A DNA stretch of 64,000 nt from Epiperipatus broadwayi (Eukaryota; Animalia; Onychophora). The stretch is taken from contig JAQFVV010000003.1 in the NCBI GenBank assembly GCA_028023455.1, forward strand, positions 20,336,001-20,400,000, in the 5' to 3' direction. The notes beneath the pieces were generated by a model. It worked only from the letters and a program-made list of their open reading frames with translations, did no database searches and had not been told where the DNA came from. Positions 14,840 to 26,906 of this stretch are shown piece after piece. Both the position numbers and the translations under genes were made by a program. Each line of letters starts with the position of its first letter. The first letter of the stretch is position 1.

Positions 14840-15180
14840 TTTGGACCATACAAAGAAATATGAAGATATGTGTTGGGAGCAACAAAAAGGAATAGAAAGC
14901 ATATTGGATGAAACAAACAGACATCATTAAAAGAATTAAAAAACAGAAATGGATCTAAGCTGGGCAAATTGCTGGAAAAAAATGATAATAGATGGATAGT
15001 TGAACTCTTAAAATGGCTCTCAAGAGATTAAATAATCTAAAAAAAGACAGTAAAATGGATAGATAAAATAGAAAGTTTGCTAGTGTAATGTCAATAAGAA
15101 CGGCTACGGATCAGAGAAATTGGATTAAACTTGGTTAATCTTTCTACTTGCAGTGGATGGTTGAAAATTATGATTATGAC
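14840..15180 (+). mobile_element. RTE LINE 3' fragment
   Basis: TDIIKRIKKQKWI*AGQIA...DNRW motif. Aligns with 55960-56300 and with the reverse complement of 9305-9640. Ends gaaaattatgattatga. Confidence 0.85.
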
Positions 15181-15694
15181 AATATGTAGATGTATTTGTG
15201 AGTCTTCACAAACCTTTGTCTTATCTTTTTTAATTTTGTCAGGATTTAAAATGATAATACTTGTTTATCAAGAATTGCTAATATTCACAAATATAAAAGC
15301 AAAAATAACATATAAAATAACACTGGTATTTAAAAAACTACAAATGTTTTTTAGTGATTATAATTTTTTTTAATCCCAGTATTTTTTTAGCAATCTTCTA
15401 ACATCTCTCACTGATTTGCTTCAATAGTATAAATTGGAAACAAAACTTTTAGAAACATAAATATTTATAGAACTATCACAAAAATAATATATCCACTATC
15501 AGATCTGGTCCTATAGGTAAAGACAGCAGGATAACTGCTTCAGGGGCCAAATTAAAATAATCATTAAAATGAGACATTCTATCTGAAAAAATGTATTTAT
15601 TTATTTATTTTTCTATTATATCCATTGCATTATTTGGTACATTATTTTAAATAAGACTTTTGGAAAAATTGCTTACTTCAAGGATGTTGCTATG

Positions 15695-15914
15695 TCACAT
15701 AATCACTATTCTTTATGCTTACACAAGCTGTAGATCTAGGTGCAGTGCTCTCAGATCCAAGGTTCCCCACTGATGAAAGCCACAAGCTAGAAACTAGTCT
15801 GGGGATATTGGATGAGTAGGCACTAGATAGGGATTTTATGCACAAACCTTCCTGCATCCATTGATTACTCTGGCTTGTACTGAGTGGCACTACTGTATGG
15901 AGAGTTTTGCCTCT
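15695..15914 (+). mobile_element. Family A repeat with an inverted 3' piece (15695-15730) and an intact HHR core
   Basis: 15731-15914 matches the 456-bp unit. 15695-15730 is the reverse complement of the family's 3'-terminal segment. Confidence 0.88.
15764..15805 (+). ncRNA. Minimal type I hammerhead ribozyme motif, predicted cleavage after GUC at 15799
   Basis: TCCCCA-CTGATGA-a-AGC cacaa GCT-a-GAAA-CTAG-TC|TGGGGA. Helix I has 6 bp, extended by atccaa/ttggat across an internal loop. Helix II has 3 bp. Helix III is the palindrome ACTAGT. Confidence 0.75.
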
Positions 15915-16314
15915 GTGATATTTTCTATACCATATATCTTTTTAAACCGTGTAAATCTATCAAAATGCTTCTCTTTTATCACTTGCTGCATTAAAATAAG
16001 AATTCAAAAATATATAGCTGTATGATATCTTCTTTGTTAGAAGTGAAAGTTTCATCATATTTCAGTTGTTCTTGTCTTTACAGCCAACATATTGAAAACC
16101 ATCTAATTGACTCAAGTATGACTGGGACTTATTTTATCCTTCACCTAAAAATAACTAGATATTTTTACCAATCAAAAATTGGATAAGATGTAAACTTCAT
16201 TTTTGACATTAAATCAGGATTAACACAATGAGAAGAATTAGTTTTTATTAGTGTAACTGTTGGCATTCAAACATAAAAGGCTTTCATAACATAGGCAAAG
16301 TTTATCAGCCTCAC

Positions 16315-16409
16315 CATGACCGGGATCTGGAATTCAAATCTGGAATGGAATCTGGAGTCTTTTTGGTACTCATACTTATGACAATCCGTCCTGCTTGATG
16401 GTGCTGTTG
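16315..16409 (-). CDS. Candidate 95-nt exon of an unidentified host gene
   Basis: Acceptor tatttgtttttgaccag, donor GTGAGG. Two frames are open (QQHHQAGRIVISMSTKKTPDSIPDLNSRSRS or TAPSSRTDCHKYEYQKDSRFHSRFEFQIPVM). Lies in a GC-richer, CpG-retaining patch. Confidence 0.4.
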
Positions 16410-19400
16410 CTGGTCAAAAACAAATAGATATAATGATACAGGGCTGATTTACATTTGTTTATTATTTAAACAAATAAATTTTTTAAAAATTACATTTTTC
16501 TAATTAATTATTTATTCAAAAACAAATAGATTTGACTTCATTCTTTTATTTCTGTAAAGCATTTCATTTTTTTTTTTAAATAACGCTTTCATTCTTTTAC
16601 TTCTTTAAAACAACTTATTTTTTCTCAAATAACATTTTCACGGGTTTCTTTTCTTTCAAAATACATTTCATTTTTTTAAAAAAAAACATTATTTTCTAAA
16701 TTACAGTTTTTAATTACATTATACATTCCATCGCTATGTGCTGAAACAACATTATTTAATAGAATGGAATAATTATACTTTTAAATTACATTATACATTT
16801 CAGTGCAGAGTGCTCCACCACAGTCATTTTAGTAGGCTCATAGCTGTTCTCGTGCAACCATGACTTTTCCCATGAATTCGCTGAAATGGTGCTGGGACCT
16901 ACCCTTTTGAAATTAAATTCACCTTCAAAGATGTGTAGGGAAGCGTGGCAATGGGCTTACAATTATTACTATGTAACAATATGTCAGGTAGGGTATAAGA
17001 GCATTACTTCGAATGCACATTAAAAGAGTTATGGCCTGTTGAATTCTATACATACCCACATTGTACGGTAGCGATCTGTGAAGTGTGTGCTATATGTATA
17101 GTGTTGCGAACCATATGGTATTAGTTGGTGAATAGATACCTAATTACTCTACATAGAAGGACAATAGTTACATACTGATTATATAAATATAAATTTAAAA
17201 AAATGATTTTATGTGGCCCAGCTTTTGCCAAATGTAAAGATATTATATTTTTAAAATAATGTATTCAGACTGTAAATTTTAACTTCATTTTAGATATCTA
17301 TGTTAGAGATTTCAACTTCTATATTCAACTCAATGCTGATGAATGAAATATGTTTAACAATCATTAAAAGACTCTGCAGATCAATAATATGCTAATATAT
17401 TGTCATTTAAAACCTGTCCCAATTTTTTGATCTTTCATCCCATGATGATTTCAATTTTAAAATAATAATTCAAAAATTTTTTTCCAGCATGCATATTGGA
17501 GCTTTGACACAAAATATTTTTTCTTTAGTACCATAAATAAATCACAACAAATTTCTTTAACTCTTTATATTTCTGATAATCACAATTCTAGTTCTAAGAA
17601 TATGGGATTTTCCATAGCAGGTTTTTTTTGATTTTTATAACGAGATGTACTGTGTTATCTGACCAACTTAATGATTCTAATGAAAATATCATATAGAAAT
17701 AAACTTATTATTTAATTTAAAAATATATAGTGATATTTATATTCCCAAAAACAATTTTTGCGTTATTAGAATCAACTCAATGGACACTAGACAGCAATGC
17801 ATTTTATCCTAGCAGACTACCAATAATAAAAATGAAACATAAAAAATATTTATCTCAAAGGGGAGGAATATTTATAATTAAATATTCTGTTAAACTGGAA
17901 AAAAAGTAAGTGGACAACTGAAAATTAAAGCTAAAACAAAAAGAATGATAGGAAAATTATATGGTGACTGTATTGAAAGGAGATAATAAGGATGGGAATG
18001 AGGGTAAAATAATCATGTTTTTAAAAAATAGTTATGTTAAACTGAGCAACAGAGTATTTTTACCTATAAACTATAGACAGGAATTTGACTTCATTTATGA
18101 AGCCATTTTATATAAATCTTATCATCATTACCATGACTGTTTTTTGATTATCTGGATGTTGATTAGTCAGAAGAAAATACTACACAAAGAACAATAATTA
18201 TTTAGTAGTTTCTATTGTGCTAATGCAACTATTATTTCAAAAATTCCATACATCTAAAGGTTTGAACTTACTCACCTAGTCTATTATTTTTGAAGATCTG
18301 AAAATAATATATCAGTTGCAAAACAAGTAATTGACTACAAGAATAGTTAAGCATTGGTTATGTTTGAGTAACAATTTTAATAAAAACGATAGTTACAAAC
18401 AAGAGAAAAAAATAATTCTTTTTGTTTACAAATTTAAAGTTGCTTGCATCATCTCTAAGATTAAAGGTCAAGGTTCAAAAGTCAATTATTCAAATTTTGA
18501 AATAAAATAAGATTTTTAAAAAAATTAATTTTGTTTTGTTTAATGTCAAATTTATAAAAAAAAATTTTACATTGGAGTAAATATTTTTTATTCTAATAAA
18601 TAAAATTAGTTTTTAAAAAAATATGATTAGAAAAATAATAGAATATGATTTATTATTTTAATCAGTGATAGTTTAAATAAACGTGATTTCAAATTTTTAT
18701 TGAAAGCTAGTATTCTTGTCAGCATTTCCAATGTCTTTTGTTTTACAATCATTATTAGTGGCTCGTAAAAACTTTAAGTTTATTTTTATTAGCAGCCAAG
18801 TTATAAACAAAGATAAATATAAAATGAATGTTATGGTTCATGGCAGTTAATTCCTATGCATGTATCATTTACCCTGGATCAATGTAGCCTGAATTATTTA
18901 TCTTTGACCTGATATGCGATCAAACCTCAACTACCATTTCTGAGTTCTGCTAAAATTATGATAAAAAATTATTTTTATAAAGTGATTGTTAATTATAAGT
19001 TCTCCCTTACCGAATATTTGGTTTGGAGAGGTGAAGAAATATGATTTAAGGAAATATGATCCGAATAAATTAAAACTTAGAACCAGCTAAAGGAATTAAA
19101 AAGAATTGTTTCTACATTTTCAAGGATGATATACATCATCAATGCTGAAATAGACTCCATAATGAAAAACAAACAAAAAAGAAAATTTTAAGCTTAATAT
19201 AAAAGAGATTTTAAACTGAAGACATTGTTAAAGTTTTAGTGTTTAAAAGGGTGATCATTTGAAGAGTGATAATGTTTAAATACTTATCATTTTACATTTA
19301 ATTTGTTAGTTATTAATATGCTCTTCTGTTTCTCTTCTCATAAATTTTATCATTTAAATTATAAATTAAATTTATAATAGCTAGGGAGATAAACATTCAT

Positions 19401-19930
19401 ATTCTACTGAATTAGTTGTGACAGTGTTTTCAATAAGACTGATGGTGTGGTATATCATCCTATGGATTTCCCAGTTTGGGAAGATGCTTTAGTTTTTAAT
19501 CTAATATAAATCTGTAATCCATAGAAGACCTAATTTCCTTTCAGTCATTTAGGAGTGATTAATCATCTGGAAAGGTGATATAGTTTGTAATATTTTTATT
19601 ATTATAGCTATGTCTGACCATTAGTATGATTTATGATTGAATTAAATTATATTTTTACTCCTATCATTTCATTTGTTATTTGGATGTGAGTGAAAATTTC
19701 AAAGATTATTTTAATTATTAAGCACTAACTTTTCATATCTATATGATTATTATAATTTGTGCTAAATTATCTTTGATGATCACATTTGACAAGTGGCAGG
19801 ACTGTTATAATATAGATATAGAAAGTTAGTAACAAATATTTTAACTTTTCATAGAGAGCTCATCAATGTGTGCCACACAACATATTACGAGACAGTCTTC
19901 TTCTTTAAATATTCTAGACAGTAGTGCTAC

Positions 19931-20086
19931 CTAAACTGCTTAATATTTCTGTAGTTGGATTTTCAACCTTCTTAATGTAAATAAATGCATTCATTCTTGT
20001 GATAACTGAGTCGATTCTGTTTCCTAATGACAGAGTGCACTCTTCTTGATAATCATTAAAATTCCAAATGATTAGGTGGCTTTCAT
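19931..20086 (-). CDS. Candidate 156-nt symmetric exon (DESHLIIWNFNDYQEECTLSLGNRIDSV...), loosely WD40-like
   Basis: Acceptor tatattttaaag, weak donor GTAGCA, stop-free phase 1-1 frame that overlaps the listed ORF 19914-20114. Confidence 0.25.
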
Positions 20087-21932
20087 CTTTAAAATATATC
20101 ACTGAGATATACAAAAGGATATCATGTTGATAAGTTATTAAAATTACATTAATTTAAAGCAAGCAATAACTAAACTTCTTATCTGAAAAATACATATCTT
20201 TAATTAATCAAAACTTGGTAACATGATATAAATATTAGCCTGTAATCTGGAGTTTATATGTAAATAGGAACTGGAAATTAATTAGCAAAGTCCAAAGGTA
20301 GGCCATAACCAACTAGATAGATAGTTACCAATTACAGGATAACAATATAATTCAATCAAATAAGCTCTAATGATGATGATAATAGGAAAATTACATCTAG
20401 TTATTATTATTTAAAATATAAAGTAAATGGGTCATTAAAGATGAATATTGAAGCACCAGCTACTATTTACTCCTGCTGAACATCAGTCTGATTTGGTCAA
20501 TGCTGGCGATATATAACACACATTTGATATCTAACTATTTCTAGATGGAAGATAAAGCAATTGGGGCAGTCAAGATGAGTGATGAAGAAGAAACTACAAA
20601 AAAAATAATTGAGAAGAGACAATATACACCTATGGGCAATAAGTTAAAAGATTGTAAATTTTGTAAAAAAAAAAATTCGTTTTAAAAATATGTAACTTAC
20701 AAAGTCCATTTCAGTAACTAAGTAATGTGAATATCCTATTTCAAATTTTAAATACTTGTTAATTAAAATTGCTGATCTAAAAATGTTTCCCAACTAAATT
20801 TGAAATATGAGTATCCACTTTCAGAAAAGTTTTATATTAATGTCATTCAGACATCAGGTTTAATTCATAAGCTCATTAAGTATAATGAGTTTGACATTTA
20901 TAATAATCCACATTTCTATCACTTCATAACGACATATAGCTGTTATCACTGCAGTTATTTATTATGCACACACACACACAGTCTGAATTATTGCGAAAAA
21001 TCATCTATCAAATTATGAATTGTTATTAAGATTATATAAAGTGTTAAATCAGAAGAATTAATATCAATTTTTAACAGACTTATTGACTCTTGATAATGTC
21101 ATCTAGCTCAAAGAACAGTAAATAATTCAAGGAAATTGGAAAAAAAAAATCAAATTCACGTATTAGTGACAAATAGACAGAAAAATAAAACACATTAAAT
21201 CGTTATATTTTAATAAAAATAGTATTGCATTTTTTGAATTCAAATTTTAATAATTATATAATCATCCTACAACAAGCTTAATACTCATAAGTATACTGTA
21301 TATATCTATGATACTTTTTTCATCAACTCTCTAATTTTATCTATATCTTGCAAAAAGCTGAATTAACACAAATGAACTTCATATCGTTCTTTAATATCAT
21401 CTATGGGGTCTTCTCTTTTATATATATATCTTGCATAATCCCAAAAATTAAAGTAATTATCATTATTCTTTTGACTAAGAATTATATGAATATATATCAA
21501 ATAAATAATGGTATCTTTCTCTCTATGATCTGCTTCAATACAGTTTTGAAATAATATATGCATATTAAATTTCCTGGTTGAAAGCAGATGTATTTGATCA
21601 TTATTGGTAGAAATTTGCCAATATTGAAAACTTTTTTAATGCAACTTATTTTTTCTTCTCAACAATTAAGATTACATCATGAAAATTTACACAACACAAC
21701 TAACATCCATTATTGGTCAGAAAATGAATGTCTAGTAATTCTTAACTATGTAGTTATTATGATATGACTGCGCACTAAAAAGAAATAAATTAACTGTTTC
21801 TTCAATAGTTTTTAGATTTAACTTGAAATAAAAGCATGGGGGGGGGGGATCTAGCAATTAATTAAGTCAATCCCTGTTAAATGAAGAACAGCAACAAATT
21901 TTTAAATTCTTATCAGTAATAGTATGACTAAC

Positions 21933-21965
21933 CTGTTGAACATTGTCCTCAGCTTCACTATTTCT
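21933..21965 (-). CDS. Candidate 33-nt micro-exon (RNSEAEDNVQQ)
   Basis: Acceptor tactctctccag, donor GTTAGT, length divisible by 3. Confidence 0.22.
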
Positions 21966-22400
21966 CTGGAGAGAGTATTGTAGATATTTTTATCTTTAGT
22001 GGGCAATTTAAAGGTTGTTCTTTCTTTACCTTAATATTTTATATTTTAATTTTTTGACTATTATTTTATTTTAATTATTTCAGAGACACATATAAATACA
22101 ATAAATATTTTGTATTAACATCATATCAATAAATTCAACTAATTTTTTTTTTTTTTTTTTGGACAGCAATTCAGAAATATATAATATAGAATTCATTATT
22201 CAAAGAATTAGTAAGTATCTAAATAATGAAAAACAAGAAAAGAAAAAAATTACAACCCAGCTTTCTTAAGAATTATTTTTAAAAAGACAAAATATTGTAT
22301 GAAGGAAAGACACTGTTAAATAATATCTTTATATACAAGCTATATCAATTAGTTGAGATGAACAAATAAAAATGTTGACAGAGAAGAATGAATGCTATTT

Positions 22401-23900
22401 AACCATTAAGCATCACATGATCACATTTCCTATACTAGCACATTAATTGTTGATAAACAGAGCAAAACTCTCCATACAGTATTGCCACCTGTGCTAAACA
22501 GAGTAATCAATGGATGCCAAAAGGCTTGTGCATAAAATCCCTATCTAATGCATACTCATCCAATATCCCCAGACTAGTTTCTGGCTTGTGGCCTTTGTCA
22601 GTGAGGAGCTTTGGATCTGAGAGCACTGCATCTAGATCTTAGGATCTAATGCAACCCCCTAGCAACCACCTTTTATCTCTATTTAACTACAAAACTATGA
22701 GAATGAAATTGAAAACACAAAAAATATTTTCAATCTAAGCTCAATAGCTTATATAATCATATGGGTCTGAATTCAGTTCAGCACCCAGAGGGTTGCATTA
22801 GATCCTAAGATCTAGATGCAGTGCTCTCAGATCCAAAGCTCTTCACTGACGAAGGCCACAAGCCAGATACTAGTCTGGGGATATTGGATGAGTAGGCATT
22901 AGATAGGGATTTTATGCACAAGCCTTCTGGCATCCATTGATTACTCTGTTTAGCACAGGTGGCAATACTGTATGGAGAGTTTGCTCTGTTTATCAACAAT
23001 TAATGTGCTAGTATAGGAAATGTGATCATGTGATGCTTAATGGTTTAACACCAATCCTGCCTAATAGAATAGTGGTGGCTATGGTTGTAAAAGAGCCAAA
23101 GACACCAAAATGTATGGGTGCTAAACTGAGTTCAGACCCATATGACTATATAAGCTATTGAGCTTAGATTGAAAATATTTTTTGTGTTTTAAATTTCATT
23201 CTCATAGTTTTGTAGTTAAGTAGAGATAAAAGGTGGTTGCTAGAGGGTTGCATTAGATCCTAAGATCTAGATGCAGTGCTCTCAGATCCAAAGCTCCTCA
23301 CTGATGAAGGCCACAAGCCAGAAACTAGTCTGGGGATATTGGATGAGTAGGCATTAGATAGGGATTTTATGCACAAGCCTTCTGGCATCCATTGATTACT
23401 CTGTTTAGCACAGGTGGCAATAGTGTATGGAGAGTTTTGCTCTGTTTATCAACAATTAATGTGCTAGTATAGGAAATGTGATCATGTGATGTTTAATGGT
23501 TTAACACCAATCCTGCCTAATAGGATAGTGGTGGCTATGGTTGTAAAAGAGCCAAAGACACCAAAATGTATGGGTGCTGAACTGAGTTCAGACCCATATG
23601 ACTATATAAGCTATTGAGCTTAGATTGAAAATATTTTTTGTGTTTTCAATTTCATTCTCATAGTTTTGTAGTTAAGTAGAGATAAAATATGGTTGCTAGA
23701 GGGTTGCATTAGATCCTAAGATCTAGATGCAGTGCTCTCAGATCCAAAGCTCCTCATTGATGAAGGCCACAAGCCAGAAACTAGTCTGGGGATATTGGAT
23801 GAGTAGGCATTAGATAGGGATTTTATGCACAAGCCTTCTGGCATCCATTGATTACTCTGTTTAGCACAGGTGGCAATACTGTATGGAGAGTTTTGCTCTG
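22401..23900. mobile_element. Family A multimeric insertion: inverted unit (22401-22787) plus 2.4 tandem 456-bp units (22788-23900), four HHR motifs, 13-bp TSD
   Basis: ccaatcctgcc recurs at 23051 and 23507. GUC sites at 22875, 23330 and 23786. Copies are about 97% identical by eye. TSD tgaatgctattta (22389-22401) / tgaatgatattta (23899-23911). Confidence 0.95.
23295..23336 (+). ncRNA. Hammerhead ribozyme motif with intact core (middle tandem unit), predicted cleavage after 23330
   Basis: TCCTCA-CTGATGA-a-GGC cacaa GCC-a-GAAA-CTAG-TC|TGGGGA. Neighbouring units carry GATAC (22866), TTGATGA (23757) or CTGACAA (inverted unit) core substitutions. Confidence 0.75.
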
Positions 23901-24234
23901 AATGATATTTACTTTACAAATAAGAGAAGTTGATAAAGCATCTTGAAAAAACATTAACTGTAAATTGTATATGCAAAAAAAGCTACAGAATTATACTAAA
24001 AAAGAAACTGAAGACAATAAAAGATGAATCACTGATTAGTTAAACTGCTAATAACAGATAAAAAAATGTAGCAGCATCATCCACTAAGCTGGAAGACCAG
24101 AAAAATAATTTTTGATCCCAAATAAAAATTCACAAGTTTCTGGAGAATAACAACTATGACTTTGCTATGAGTCAGGTAAAAAAATCTTAAAAAATATATA
24201 CATAGTTTCTAAACCACAAGAGTATACTCTAAGG

Positions 24235-26906
24235 CAGTGGTATTCAAACATTTTAGCAGTACGACCCCGCATGGGACATCGAGGTAACATGTCGACCCAA
24301 AATTTTAAAAATCAATAATCTAATTCTAATTGCTCAAAAGGTAGGACTAGGTAATATTAAAAATTAGGAAGATGTTAATTTATTTTTTATTTCATACAAA
24401 ATAAACATAAGTGTCAATACACGTACAATAAACTGAAAATCAACTCTGTAGTTACCAAAATATTAGGTTGAAAAATCGACTAGTATTAATTATTTATAAC
24501 TAGTTAAATTAAAATATGGCGTATAACACATAGGAGCTTAAAAAAAATTCAGTTTAAGAAAACTACAAAAGGAAAATATTTAATGAGATCTATGAGCCTG
24601 TTTCTTGTTTACAAATAGCGATATTTCTGGTGCTACATTGCTCAATTTGAGTCGTAAAGGTGGCTCTATTACTATTTTTTTTTAGTATTTAGATTTTAGG
24701 TAGAGAAATTGGTAAAATCCCATCTCGCACATATAAGTTGAGGTAAATGGTAATAATACCTTTAGAGCTGCATCAAACAGTTCTGTATATTCATTTTGAA
24801 CTTTAAGCAAAAATTACTCAATTCAAGCTCTTTGAAAACAAATTTTAATTCTCCATCAGATGATAACCCAGTTTTTCGCTTAAATGAAATGATAAATTTT
24901 GGGGTAATACACACTGAAAGGGATTTTGAATCCATTCAGAGTCAGAAAAAATCTTCTGGAAAGTAAGTATTAAATTGATATTTAAGATCTGTCAAATGAG
25001 TTGTTATATCTTTAATAATTGATTGATTAGCTTTTAGTTTGTTTTCTATGACAAAACTTTCTAAAGTAGGAAATGCTGCAAAATATATTTCCTTACAGTA
25101 GAGCACCACAAATCTATTTTCTTTGTAAAGATTTTGATTTTATCATTGGCTATAAATATATTTAATTGTTCACCATGAAGACTTAAATTCAACTCATTCA
25201 ATTTGAGAAAAATATCACTTAAGTAAGCTAACCTACATAGCCATTCTTCATCAATTAAAAAGTGTATAAATTTTTTATCTTTATTATTGTCATTTAAAAA
25301 CACAAACACCTCATCTTTAAGTTCAAATAGTCTAGTTAGGACCCTACCCCTCGAAAGCCAAACCTCTGTATGTAAAAGAAGTTGTGATATTCACTACCCA
25401 TTTCTCTGCATATATGCGAAAAAATTCAAGTTTAGAGGATGCGCCTTTATAACATTTATTATTTTAACTCCAGTATCTAAGACAAACTTTAAGTTCGGTG
25501 ACATGTTTTTGACACAAGCACTTCTCTATGAATCATACAGTGAATCCATGTTACATTAGGTGAGACTTCTTTGATTCAGAAAAAAAATCCAGTTTTCCAA
25601 CCATGTCACAAGCTCCATCACTGCACACCCCCACACAATTTTCCCAAGAAATATTGTTTCCCATGATGTAAGAATTTACCACTTTAAATATTTCTTCTCC
25701 CATATTCCTTTGGAGTTCCTTGCAAAAAAGAAAGGTTTCTTCAACTTCATTTTTGTATTCATATTTTGCAAAACAAATTAGTTGTGCAGCATTTTGATAA
25801 TCGGTGGATTCATCCAACTGAAGACTGAAAAATTTACTTTTTTGAATTCTGATTATAAGTTCATTTTCCACATTATCTGCCTTTTCGACTATTCTGTGAC
25901 CAATTGTTGTATCAGATACTGGTATTTGATATATCTGTTGCTTTTCTTTCTCACCAAACTTAATGCCTACTATATCATGAGCTGCTGGAACAATTAACTC
26001 TTCAGAAATTGTGTACAGCTTGCCAGATTTAGCTATATGATAGCTTGCTTGGTAAGAAGCCTCCAATGCTTTTTTGTTAATATCGGTAAAAGTATACATA
26101 TGTCAAATGCCTATTTTTTTCTGAAAAAAATTAATGGTTTTATCTTTGGATTCTGGGTGTTTGGTGTGCGGGTGCCTCTGCAGTTTATTTGGTTTCAGTG
26201 ACTCATTTGATAGTACTGCCAGGCATATAAGGCATCTAGCCCTTGGTTTATCATCTTCAGCATGTACAAAACCATATTTTATAAACTCATTGTCAAACTT
26301 ACAAACTTGTTTGTTTGCTTTTACTTTTTTATGTCTCAACTCTATAGAAGCAGAAGCTTCCAAACGTATTTGGTCCGTATCGGAAGTTAAAATAGCTGAA
26401 ATCAAAGTGCTCTTCTCATCATTTGTTTCTTCATTGTCTGTTTTTCAATTATCCTACCAGTTTTTAGCCACTTATGCATGAGGGTTCATAAAATTTATAA
26501 CTTTAAAAGCAATCTGTTTATCACAAATACTAAGTTAAAAAAGAAATTTTACACTAAAATAATAATTAAACTCACAAATGTGCCACAATGACGATGTAAA
26601 TAGAATATGTGCTGTCATCACTTGTTTTCCAAGTCATGTGATTTGCCAAAAGTGATGTTACATGACATCATCCGAGACATATCCGAACGTCTAACTCTTT
26701 GAAGTCGTCGTTTTTAAAATAGAGTAATCTTCTAGAATTTAATGAAATTTCACATTTTAAAAATTAATATTTTTTCTCAAAATTTTTTGTCAATGATGTA
26801 TTTGTAATCAATTAAATTTATTTACAATTTTTTCATCTATCTTGCACCCCAGGGTAATTTTTTGTGACCCCGTTTGGGGTCGTGACCCATAGATTGAATA
26901 CCACTG
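24235..26906 (-). mobile_element. Full-length Buster-family hAT DNA transposon (2672 bp)
   Basis: Perfect 13-bp TIRs CAGTGGTATTCAA (24235-24247, 26894-26906). 8-bp TSD ctcTAagg / cttTAagg with the central TA typical of Buster. Subterminal GACCC repeats. Confidence 0.96.
24580..26479 (-). pseudogene. Frameshifted Buster/ZBED5-SCAND3-like transposase (~630 codons)
   Basis: Starts MHKWLKTG. BED finger CLIC...HPHTKH. FSLQLDESTD (catalytic D), CSDGA, HCMIHRE (CxxH), WLSRGRVL, LAYLSDIF, TSTYMCEMGF, ends KQAHRSH*. Several frameshifts. Confidence 0.93.

Noticed and set aside
20545-20685. Plus-strand mini-ORF MEDKAIGAVKMSDEEETTKK... after an acceptor-like site
   Set aside because: Only 46 codons, ends in an A-run, with no homology or partner exons recognised.
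22401-23900. Helitron/Helentron (DINE-like) or MITE origin of family A
   Set aside because: A hairpin is present, but the 10-13-bp TSDs, variable inversions and HHR motif fit a retro-mechanism. There are no TC...CTRR ends or fixed TIRs.
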